DNA of 60,023 bases, filler included, from Circinaria calcarea (taxonomy: Eukaryota): assembly GCA_051942165.1 (NCBI GenBank). It is 7 parts of 7 records of this genome, joined end to end, with 100 filler letters (N's around TTAATTAATTAA, not from the genome) between each part and the next. Parts side by side here need not be neighbours in the genome. Positions count along the whole stretch, not along the records: positions 42,970 to 51,447 come from JAVECS010001107.1; positions 51,548 to 60,023 come from JAVECS010001108.1; 5 more parts are not named here. One strand, written 5' to 3'. Each line of letters starts with the position of its first letter. Within the stretch, counting starts at the first letter, position 1. The notes under the pieces were generated by a model. It searched no databases and was not told where the DNA came from. It worked only from the letters and a program-made list of their open reading frames with translations. Shown piece after piece: positions 48,466 to 59,314 of the stretch. The translations under genes were made by a program, and so were the position numbers.

Positions 48466-49740
48466 CTAAATTATTATATTAGAACTGTGTTTAAGCTCTT
48501 TTATACATGTGGTCATGTCTATTACTTCAGTAATGTCAGGAAATGTAATTGTTTCCCATTTACCCTTATCATTTAATATCGTTAGTGTAGTTTTTTCACT
48601 ATCCAAAACATCAGAACCGAAATCGTTTGTTATAGTATTTTTAATGTGTAAATTCATACTAAGTAAGTATGCGTCATCTGAGTATATTTTTATATAAACA
48701 CTTTTAAGTAATTCTATTAGCGAATGTACATTGTTTGCTGTCATAGCAAAACAATCATGTATAGTATAGATGTTACCCTTATCGGCTGAAGACAATAGTT
48801 TATAAAGTAAAGCAATTGAGCTGGCATCCAAGGAGTGTATTAAGTTTGGCATAGTAGCATTTAACTGTTTAACACTGTCAAATTCGTTTATTACTATAGT
48901 TTTAAAGTTATATTTTGAGTTTAAAAAAGCAAAAGGTCTTATTCTTAATTTATTTGAAGCTAAATAACTTTGACTAATAACAGCACCACTAGGTAATGTT
49001 CATGGTATTGCAATGTTAAGTTTGGTACAAATTTTGACTATGGATCTTATCTATTGGTTAAGTTTGTTAAATCTTGTAAACTACACACCCAATACTGCTT
49101 TAAATAACTTTACAAATACGTACAAATCTTTACCATATAAATAATTTTTAGTATTATCTTTACTTAGAGAGTAAACAGTACAAGTTTCATTATCATTAGT
49201 AATCTCATGAGGTTGTAGTTCATCCTTAATATATTTAACCATTTGAATGACCGTAGTATTATAAGAATTAGTCATGATCGCCTTTTGGATCATACTTCTA
49301 GTAAGCTTTATTTCTTTAAGTCTTTCAAAACTACTTTTCTCTTCATTATCCTTAGAATCACCTTTTTCTAATTTATTATCCATCAACCTCTTAACACATA
49401 TTGAAATAAAATTATAAAAATCCTCAGGTTTATCGTCTTTAGTTGAAGATGTTAGGTTTAGCTTACTTAATATTTTTTTTTCTCTCTAGTTAATAAACTA
49501 ATATGTTGATAGCCATTACAACTTACATCTAGTTGAATAGGTAAATCAGTCTTAAAAGTTGATGCATAAAGATCTTCGACAAATTTTATAAAGCGTTTAG
49601 ATTCATAACAAAATGATATGAAGCAACCCTTATTTTCTGATCTATCAATCATATTATTACTTTCAAAATTAAGAATACTATCTTTATTATTATAAACTCA
49701 TTTTACTCTATTGCTTAATGACTTTTTACCAATTAAAGGT
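48466..49740 (-). pseudogene. rpo: T7-like single-subunit RNA polymerase of linear-plasmid type, C-terminal part only
   Basis: KKSLSNRVKWV, motif A LPIQLDVSCNGYQH, motif B RSMIQKAIMTNSYN (expected Lys appears as Gln), IPWTLPSG, MPNLIHSLDA, motif C TIHDCF; a frameshift near 49470, in-frame TAG stops; 5' part missing. Confidence 0.9.
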
Positions 49741-49874
49741 AAAGATCTTTCGACCTCTAATTGGTCGAGCAACTTTTAACTTATCCTTCTTTTTTTCTCC
49801 TCTAAAACTCTTATCTTCTAGAAGATATAAATGCATAAAAGATCGCATTAACATTTTTAATCTTTAAACTAAAC

Positions 49875-50021
49875 ATGCCACAACTAGTACCTTTTTATTT
49901 TATAAATCAAGTAACTTTTGCTTTTATATTACTTATAATAATAATATACGTGTTTTCAAAATACGTTTTACCCAGATTTGTACGTTTATTTTTAACGCGT
50001 GTCTTTATAACTAAATTATAA
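49875..50021 (+). CDS. atp8: Mitochondrial ATP synthase subunit 8 (below the ORF-track length cutoff)
   Basis: [48 protein letters not shown], 48 aa with the canonical MPQL start. Confidence 0.97.
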   Translation: MPQLVPFYFINQVTFAFILLIIIIYVFSKYVLPRFVRLFLTRVFITKL

Positions 50022-50207
50022 TGGTTATATAAAAGATATATTTTAAACCTTATCTTTTGCATATAAATATATTAGAGGGTTAGTTTAATCTATCTTTCGA
50101 GAGTAAATACTTATTAGCTCAGACTAATAAAGCTAAAAATAAAACTCTCTAAACTAGAAAAAGAGCTTATAAAGTTATAACTAAGATATAACACCTCTTG
50201 TAATTAT

Positions 50208-50278
50208 TTCCTATTAGCTCAATGGCAGAGCAGGATACTTCTAATATCTAGATTTAAGTTCGAGACTTAAATAGGAAT
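50208..50278 (+). tRNA. trnR: Mitochondrial tRNA-Arg (UCU)
   Basis: Acceptor stem TTCCTAT/ATAGGAA, D arm GCTC-AATGGCA-GAGC, anticodon arm GGATA-CTTCTAA-TATCT, T arm TTAAG-TTCGAGA-CTTAA. Confidence 0.92.
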
Positions 50279-50370
50279 ATCATCATGCTCTTGCATCAAA
50301 AATAATAAAAATAAAATAATCTAACTTAGAAGATATTTTATTTAAATAAAACATCCTAAAGGTTAATTTC

Positions 50371-50650
50371 TAAATTACAATAGTAATGGATTAGATTAAT
50401 TCATTTTATTAGAAATAAGAAAGAAAATTATTTCGCAAGTAAATATATTAATTACATTAATAATGGGTTATATTAATTCATTTTATTTGAAATAATAAAG
50501 AAATAAAATTATTCCTAAAGTAAATATATAAATTACAATAGTAATGGATTAGATTAATTCATTTTTGGAATTTTATTTTTTGGTTTATTAACCAAAAAAT
50601 AAAAAATAAAATAGTAAAGAAATAAAATTCTTTCATAAGTAAATATATAA
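50371..50650 (+). repeat. Three imperfect ~80-bp tandem copies immediately upstream of rns
   Basis: Units start ATTACAATAGTAATGGATTAGATTAATTCATTTT (near 50374, 50451 diverged, 50532) and end AAGTAAATATAT; the third carries an inserted hairpin TTTTATTTTTTGGTT-TATT-AACCAAAAAATAAAA. Confidence 0.8.
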
Positions 50651-51447
50651 TTGAGTTTGATGATGGCTCTGAATGAACGCTGTCCAAGTGCTTGACACAT
50701 GCTAATCGTACGTCTAATTTTATTAATTTTAATTTAGTTAGAAGTGGTGTACAGGTGAGTAAAGGATATTATAACCGCCTTAAAGTAAGGAGAAAAATCC
50801 CTTATATAAAAAAGAAATTATGTTTCGCTTTAAGAAGTTTGTATCTCGGATAGCAGTAGCTAAGGTAATTGCTTAGCTAGCTTAATATCCGTAATCATGA
50901 CTGAAAGGTCAATTGATCACAGTGTGGCCTGAACAAAGCCCACAGTTTTACTACAGCAGTGGGGAATATTGGTCAATAGCCTAACGGCTGAACCAGCAAC
51001 TTGGAGGAATGTATAGCGAAAGCTAGTTGCATTAAATTCGATTAATTCGAAGTTAATGCATCATCGACTATGTCGAATAAAGTTCTAGGTAGAGTTATGA
51101 TAATGACATTATCTATCTATGTGTCTTGACCAAGTCACGTGCCAGCAGTCGCGGTAATACGTGGAAGACTAGTGTTATTCATCTTTAATAGGTTTAAAGG
51201 GTACTTAGACGGTAAATTTAGCCCAGATAAAAACAAAGGGTACTAATTATACTAGAGTTTTATATGAGGAGGGTGTGTACTAGTGGTGTAGAGATGAAAT
51301 TCTGTCATACCATTATGACAGGCGACGGCGAAAGCAACCTTTAGATAAAAACTGACGTTAAAGGACGAAGGCTTTGTGTCACCAACAGGATTAGATACCC
51401 AAGCAGTCTTAGCAGACAATTATGAATGCCATAGATAAGAAATCCTT
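50645..51447 (+). rRNA. rns: Mitochondrial small-subunit rRNA, 5' part
   Basis: Conserved SSU blocks GAGTTTGATGATGGCTCTG, CACATGCTAATCG, CAGCAGTGGGGAATATTGGTCAAT, GTGCCAGCAGTCGCGGTAATAC, AACAGGATTAGATACCC. 5' end approximate; truncated by the contig end. Confidence 0.96.
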
Positions 51448-51547
51448 NNNNNNNNNNNNNNNNNNNNNNNNNNNNNNNNNNNNNNNNNNNNTTAATTAAT
51501 TAANNNNNNNNNNNNNNNNNNNNNNNNNNNNNNNNNNNNNNNNNNNN
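51448..51547. other. Artificial contig spacer
   Basis: N44-TTAATTAATTAA-N44. Confidence 0.98.
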
Positions 51548-52150
51548 GATGGGAAATGGGGGCGTGGAAGGGGGGGGGGGCAAGTAGAAAAAACATGTTT
51601 ATAAAGAGGAGAGTTTTTTTGATGGGATAAAATTCCAGGTGCTGCTTCGTTGCTATTCCCGTACGTTCGGAACCTTAGTTTTTGGTAATGGATGGCGGAA
51701 AATAGGAATGGCGGTTGGGAGATGGTGGAGAAGCCATTGCAGCACTTTTGTAAGTTTCGTCTTTTTATTTGGTGAATCACCTGTCCCCTATCATCTTTCC
51801 AAATCCCATCCTGTTGCATACATTCTCACCTATTCACCAAGGTGGCTATACCCGCCGCGTTCTTCTCTACACACCCCCTCAACCCCCCGGCCGATTCCCT
51901 TGATGCGAACAAACGCCTACCTAAACCCAGGTTGTTGCTGTCTGAAGGTTAGGTCTTTTGGCTAATAGTCGACCCAGGTGGAATCATGAAGGTCGGGAAG
52001 ACTTGACACTCCAGGCCACCACGGGTACAGGGGCGTCGGTTGATTATTGGGTACCTAGCCACTTGGACCGGGTTAAATGCTTGTGTTTTGGCTGTTCATC
52101 TGAAAGTCCCGGACTAGGTTTTCAATCTTGAACTTTGCGAAAGTCTTGTA

Positions 52151-55100
52151 TTACTTCTGGATGTAACCGGTGTCATAAACACTATATCCATCCCTGCAAT
52201 TCCCACAGTTCCAACAATTCGCATCGATATGAAGGTTCATAGATCCTGCCCTACAGTGGCCACAGAACCACATCTGTATTTGGAGGCGCTCCGAAACAGA
52301 TCGCTGGGAGACGGCAAGTTCAGATAGCAAGGATGTAGTTGAGGATATGGTTGTAATATCCGGCTGGAGATAGTATGAACAGAATATATGTTCACATTCT
52401 GTGCAAAGCGAATCGTTTTCGAAAGCATAAGGACCGCTGTGGCATTTGCAGCAAGACCAAAACTGGAAACTATGTTCATCATCGTTGCTGTGTTCAGTTA
52501 TCTCATCTGCTGGAATACTGTTCTTGACTTCGACTTGGGCAAGCTGTAAGACCCTTACCGGACGAGGTGTGAAGGGAATGGGCTGATCTTGCTTATGCAG
52601 GCCTATACCGTATTCTCTCAGTAGATCTATCATCTCTTTCTGGTTACGCCTGCAAGCAATATCCCATGCTTTTCTCCCCGGAGGGACCCCATTCCTTTGT
52701 ACCAGTCCAATTTTGTGCTTACCACCACGTACAGCAAGGTTCAGCAACAGTTCCACAACCTGCTTATTCCCAATGTTAACCGCCTGCTCCAATGGAGAAA
52801 GACGAGAGCTTATTTTGATATATTTGTAAGGTCTTCCAACGCTAAGGCCCTTGGACGAGGAAGTCGGGAACATTGTCTTTTCTTGTACTTCCCCCACAGA
52901 CTCTGACTCGTCGCTTAGAAATAGACGGATCATAGCCTCAGACTTCTCTGTGATGGCCACATCTAACGCACTCCATCCAAGACCGTTGACTGCTGTGGGA
53001 TCGGCTCCCTTGTGTAACAGCAGTCTTGCTAACTGACTGCTGCCTTTCTTTACCGCTTGTTGCAATGGCGTATCATGTCCTTCGCTTGTTGCTGCGAAAT
53101 CGACTTCCCTTCCTAGGAGCAAGAGAATGACTGATGGTTGTTCATTTTCTATTGCTAGATTCAGCGCGGTAGACTCATACTTATTCCGCGCAACTGGATC
53201 AAGCCCGTAGTCTAGCAGTAATTTGGCCGTTGACTCGTGTCCAGCACTTGCAGCCCAATGAAGCGCAGTCCAGCCCCTATGATCTCTTTCCGTGACATTC
53301 ACTCTCCGCTCGAGTAGGCACCGAACAGCAGTCCCGTGGCCAATATAAGACGCGACCATAATTGGACTTAAGCCCAGGGGATATGGCTTCCAAGTGATAG
53401 ATCGCCAGTATAGCTGGAACCATGTCCAAAAACGTTTGGATCGAGTATCGCAAAGGCTAAGAACTTGTTCTAATCTCGACATTGACTCTAGGGAGGTTGC
53501 CTTTGTACAAGTTTTGATGTTGCGAAAGTGGATCGCCCAATGTTCAGCTGCGTAAAGCACGAGGTCGTACTCTTTGATTTGTTCTCTGGCTTGCTTCGCT
53601 CTCGCTCTAGTTTCTTCCGGCTTATCAGTTCCATGCTTTTGGTTATTCGCTTTCCATAATTCTACACCTATGGAACAATCGTCCAAAGCGTCTGAATGTA
53701 GATATCGAATGCAGATATCAGATATCAGAATGTTTAACGTAGCTGGGTCCAAGGAATGCTTCCACACAATGGCGGTTGGAGGGTCGTGGCTGGATGATCG
53801 AACTAGGAACTCCTTTGCCGTCTGGTGGATTAAATATACTTTATTGCGTATAATTCTGACAAAAGCTCCGCACATTTTGTTAATGGTATTCTCGATATTT
53901 GGCTCCAGTCTCCGCGATATATCGTCAGAAGCAGTGCTCTGTAGAACCGCCAACGCCATATTCATCTCTTTTAATGTTAAGGGTCGAACTGCTACGACAA
54001 CGATACCTAATATCTGCTTGACTTGGCGTTCATATTTTTCTGGCACTCCATCGAGGATTCTACTATATACCTCTTCCAATCCGTCTGGGAGCCGTTTTAA
54101 TATATCTTCAAATTCCGCTTCGCACGTGCTTGCGCTATCTTCCAGCATTCGTAGTACAAGTGACACCCATAAAAACGTACGATCATGGTTTTTCAAAAGG
54201 TGCTCCTCGACCATTTCTCTCGCAGTTTCTGAGCAACGGTACTTGGCTACCATTCGTTGTAGGTTCACTTTGACGACGGTGGCAATATCTTTGCTAACGT
54301 TGTCGATCTCGTCACCTGCTCCCAAACGTACCATCGGTACAGGAACTAATGAGTCCGTTATAGGGACTTGTGTGCGGCTCGTTATCAAAAACCTGACAGA
54401 TCCCACCTCTTCATTCCGCATCCGCCCTGGCTGGTAATGTCTTGTCAGCAGTCCAAGAAACTGATCCCGCTTCCGTGGCTCTTTGCACTCGTCCAAGGCA
54501 TCGATAATGCAGATAATCGTCCCAGAGCTTGGGTCTTTGCTTATTTGAATAAATATATCCCAAAGGACCTCCAAGTTGTATGCGACGTGTGAATGCATGA
54601 GTTCGAAGTGGGACATTGCGTGTTTGATAGGAAGTCGGTTAAAGGCCATGATTTGGTATATTATCCCTCGCAAGATGTCTGAAGCATTGATTTTATCGTG
54701 GCAGAAGAAAGAGCATATGTTTGCATGGCGTGTTTGCAATGATGATGGGTCACGTAGATTATCTACGAGAAAGGATGAGAGTATTGACTTCCCACAGCCA
54801 GCATCCCCACAAAGCCAAAGTAGGCTGCCAGTTTCGCATTTGAGCCAGGTAGTGTACTGAGGATGCTGTAAGAACCAAGAGCATGTCCCATCAATGGGTG
54901 ATTCGAGTATTCTTTCAGCAGAGGTGCGGTCTGGTGTATTAAAGCAATGAAGGCATTCCCTCTCGACTGGTGTAACTGAGTATACCTCGTTATTTCCGTC
55001 CGCGACTAGTACAGACGTCAAGTTAAGACATACGCTGTATCTCTGAGTCACTTCCATCCGGACCCGCTATCTTTGCAAGCGCCTTCCATACAGGTCTGTA

Positions 55101-56224
55101 TTTTTGACTGTCTTCACCTGAGAACTTGCATATTGTTCTGTGGTCCGCATCGATTGGTAACAGCCTCTCGTTTGGAAGGTTTAATAGCGCCGAGGACTTG
55201 TCTACGATCTAAGAGCTTATATTAGTTTCGCTGTTGGTATTAAGATAGCCCTACCAAATACCAGATTGTTCATATAGCTGAATTGTCTTGTCTCGTAGCA
55301 AGTGATGATTTGCAAGGGAGCACCACGTTCACAGAATTGCTGTGCGATGTCCGAAAGAGTTTTAGATTCTTTCATCAGTGCATTAACGAGGTCGTTGTTT
55401 GTATTCACACCAAGGGTCCCTATACGCAGGAGGTCTGTTAAGAAGGAAACCCAATAGGCAGTGTCAGATCCTCTGTGTGGAGTCCCCATGAACATTACGC
55501 CTCGAACCCTTCTGATTAAGGTGTCAAATTGCTTGGAGCGTTCGTGAGCATAAACTAAGGCCTATAACCCTCATTAGCATTGCTATCGCCACTGAAACCC
55601 TTAGATATCACATTATATTTACCTTCTTAACAACGATCCCGCCAAGGCTATGGCAAATGAAGACTATAGGCCGTGAGGATTCCTTTCCGTAGTCAGAACC
55701 CAGATGACCATCTCAACAGATGTTCTCGGAATACCTCCACTGATTGCCGCTCGTCTTCTAATCGATTCAGCAAATCTATCGCAAACTCGTCGATGGCTGC
55801 CATAGACTTGGTGAATGCGACCACAGAGTTATATCCGTAAGACATGACCCTAGAGCGCTTAATTTGACGAGGAAGGTAATCCCGCAGCCATATACTATCA
55901 CCCTCTGCCCAGGTAGTATGCGCATCACCTCCAAGTCCATGAACAGCAACAATGCTAAAGCAGGTCAGCATCCAGTCGAGTAGCTTTAGAGGGGCGTATA
56001 AAGCTCAACTCGACCAAGTCTTTTTCGTTCGAGGACCTTGGATTGAACACGAATAATCCATTCTTCTCCTTGAAAGTAGCCTACCGTCAGTATCTGCTCG
56101 GTAGGCAAAGGATCGGCTCGCTACCTACTGGAGGAGATTCGGGGATTAAGGAAGAGCTGCCAGAATCGGAAGGCGAGGTTTGCAACTCGCTAGGCCCCAC
56201 GAGCCATTTAACCAGCGAGGACAT
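52151..56224 (-). CDS. Fungal NLR: SesB-like alpha/beta-hydrolase + NACHT + ankyrin repeats + two C-terminal zinc-ribbon repeats, multi-exon
   Basis: Spliced N-terminus IVAVHGLGG...WLRDYLP...SYGYNS...PIVFICHSLGGIVVKK...FMGTPHRGS...DADHRTICKF; Walker A GDAGCGKS, Walker B IIDALDEC; TFLWVSL, LIHQTAKEFL; ANK repeats (GWTALHWAA, DTPLQQAV). A short GTATGT...TCAG intron joins the hydrolase and NACHT parts in frame. Confidence 0.9.
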
Positions 56225-57086
56225 ATTGGAGTGTCGCAGGAAGTGTAGAACTCGCTAAGCAACATCCAAGATATCAGGAGGTTAGAGAGAGATGGAAAAG
56301 AATAAAACTCCGATAAATAAATCAAAAAGTGGTTTGAAGTCCGACCGTGGCAGCTGAGGTCGAGAGAGATGCAATAACAGTCTTACCCAAGTTAAGGGAG
56401 AGCGCCAATTAGACCAATTGGAGACTTCAGCCAGAAGTGTTGTGGCTGCATGGGGTTCATCCAATGGATGAATGAATCCCAATGGGATGGATGGAGAGTG
56501 CTCTTATTGGACGTGCCTGCATCATGTATTATCATGCGCAGGTAGCTAATCAGCTCGACTTACAGGATACTTTTCGTAGCCTTGTGCACTGAAAGCGCAA
56601 TATGCACTTTCCAAACCCTTGCAGCTCCAAACTCCCAAGGTCAGGAACTCTCCGGGTTTTAATCAAAATCCATAAAATTGAAAGAAGCAGAGAGCATTGT
56701 GACAGCGGGAAAGCGCGGAAAGGTGCGCCGTAGTGGCCTAATAATTGTCCCTAAATCTGTGGTGACCACCGCCCATCGCCGGGCATAAGTCATCACACTC
56801 ACGGTACGGGGTGAGAAGTTGCTAGAGTGAGAGGAAGAATTTCTCGGTGTAAGTTATAGATAGGCAAGCAGGCGCTGTCTATAGAATCTTATCTGTTGCG
56901 TAGTTCCCAGTGACAGGAGCTTTACTATGCCACTGGATTTACTCTAGCCAGGCATGTCCAGATTGCTTCTGCAGGTAGATCAGGTGAGATTGTTTATTCT
57001 ACATTTTAATAGAGGAAGAGGCCCAGTGTAAAATGATATGCGAGTGCCTAAGCTACAGCGAATACTCGCTACCGTAGCGGACCTAC

Positions 57087-59314
57087 TCATACAATGACAA
57101 TCTCTTGCGGATCGCAATCGGCGAACCATTCCTGACATCTTGTGCCATCAGAAGCCGCGGCAACTTCCAAAGCCCCTATCCCTATCCGTTTGAACGTCTT
57201 CTTGCGAGAGGGCTGATCAGCCTCGTCCAGGAGCATGACGGTAGAATAGCAGGTATTTGTTATTGAATCAACCTCACGGTGCATAGCCAGGCAGAAAACA
57301 CCTTTCCCGACTGGATTCAACTTGTCAAAGTCGATATCATCGATGGTGCATTTGCCAATTTCCTTGGGGGTCTCTAGGTCCTCTAGGGGCCGATTGTAGC
57401 TCCACTGTGTTATATATGGTTCCTTATTCCTCTTTTGGCAGGGCACCACGGCCCGTCGAAGCCTTCCGGAGATGCGGAGATGGCCGCCACTCAATCTACC
57501 AAATGGATCAAGTCCGGCAGGTATAGTGACGGCCTCCAAGACAGTTATGTCCATTCGTGCGACGGCTGACTTGAAGTACACAGCACCATTATAGGAAGCC
57601 CAAGACCAGGAGGGTGCTATGTATTCAGTCGACTTTGCTTGAGGCTGTACGTCTTCCGGATCTCTCACTGTCCACCACAGTCCCCGGTGTAGGTCTTCCA
57701 TCCAGATACCAGCAAGGTGTGTGTATCCTGTAATCTTTTGCATTTCATGGGCAAGTCCAGACAACGCAGGTAGCTTATCTCTTAGATAGGTGAGAGCGTG
57801 GGAGGAGTATTCAAAAATGAGGCTATTCCATTCGGCAAAAACTTTTCTATCGTATTCAGGGAGCAAGGACTCGCCGACTTTGATATCGCTCTTTTCATCC
57901 TGACTATAATTCCTATTGGCGGGCTGTTTGTCACTCTCAGTTCCCATTTTCTCATGCTCCCCGATGTACGAGGATTGAGCAATGCTATTGAAGGTGATGG
58001 CCTTCCTGAAACCAAACTTTGCAAACTGCAACCCCGATATTACACCTTCTCGAGGCGGCGCTGTTCCATAAGCTTCAAGATGGGCGAGTGTATTGCAGTC
58101 CCAATATGTCTGCCGGCTTCCAAAATACAGAGTCCGGAAAGACATAAGCTTCTCTTGAAAGCACCAAGCACGAAAGGTTAGAGGACTCCCTTCATCAAGT
58201 AAAGCTTTAGGCTCGCGCTGGGCCAGTTCGATGTGCGATTCGGTGCAGCCTTCTGATATGAGGCACGGGAGCTTGCATGATGCAGGATTCGAGACCGAGG
58301 AAGGTCGTTCATTCAAGAATCCGATCTGGCTGTTTTCCGCGTCCACCGCCGCAATCGTGATATACGAGTTCTTGTAGATGTCACCCATTCTCGCACACTC
58401 TGTTTCCCAATCCGCTGTCGAATCCTGGATGATGCAAAGGGCATCAATCCATAGATATCGTAAGCCCAGTTGTCTTGTGATAAGGATAGCATCTCTAAAG
58501 CTAGGCGATAGAGAGGACAACGGAAGGGCTAAAAGATACTCGCTAAGGTTTTTGGATGTTGTTCTTACTGGGAGCAGACCACCCCAGACATGAGTGAGTG
58601 TAGTATATCGGTTTACCTCACCCTCTGTGACTAGAAGGCGAGGTTCCGACGAACCGTCCGGTAGGCCCACATCTATTATCCGGGTCGGAAGTTTAGTTGG
58701 AGTGGCTCGACGGCAGTTGGAGTGAAGAGTATCACATTCGCGGATCCAGTCCTTAATCAAAAGGATGCTTTCCTCCGAGTTAGGGTATGAGTGGATACGC
58801 CTGCCGGTGATGTCCGTACAGCGAGATTGATGGCAAGCTACCAAGTTCTAAGAAAACGGCCTGCAACAATGTAAAAGGCTTAAAAAAAGGGTGAAGAATT
58901 TAGATGGCAGGGAAGATGATACACACCTGATAATTGAACAAGCTCGACATGAAGGCAGTATTCATACATTCTAACTTGCAATCGGTCATCTGAGTAGCCA
59001 AAGTAGAAAACAACATTCTCGAGCCATTCATGACCATGACCCAGGGGAAAGTAACAGATAACGTCGTACGAGAGGGATGCCCGCTCAGGGGTTAATGCTA
59101 AGACCTGACTCTCTCCCACCTGATCCAAAACAGACTGTACGAGTAGTTCGCAAAGACTACATCCAAGCCTAGCAGATGTCTGCAGCGCGGCATAACTTGA
59201 TGCATGAAGCCTTAGATTTTCTGGATTAGGAATATCAGATAGTCCTTCGAGAGAGGTGCGTAAGAGGAGCTGATGAATATCCTGGGAAACCTTTTGACAG
59301 AATAAACATAGCAT
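57087..59314 (-). CDS. HET-domain (TIR-related) heterokaryon incompatibility protein, 2 exons
   Basis: LPTRIIDV, YTTLTHVWG, RYLWIDALCIIQD...DWETECARMGDIY, RAWCFQE, DKLPALSGLA, APSWSWAS; N-terminal CxxC...GCSLC exon. In-frame splicing needs intron 58926-58838; nearer acceptors give a stop or the wrong frame. Confidence 0.88.

Larger units (their letters stand above)
44107..49740. mobile_element. Integrated, decaying mitochondrial linear plasmid (invertron) fragment
   Basis: Convergent dpoB (+) and single-subunit RNA polymerase (-) relics between atp6 and atp8; boundaries approximate; no long TIRs seen. Confidence 0.8.

Noticed and set aside
54975..55060. Frameshift or stop between the hydrolase and NACHT parts of the NLR
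   Set aside because: A ~58-nt GTATGT...TCAG intron restores the frame.
27632..59314. HeLo-like ankyrin gene forming one system with the NLR/HET pair
   Set aside because: Different contigs; no linkage evidence.
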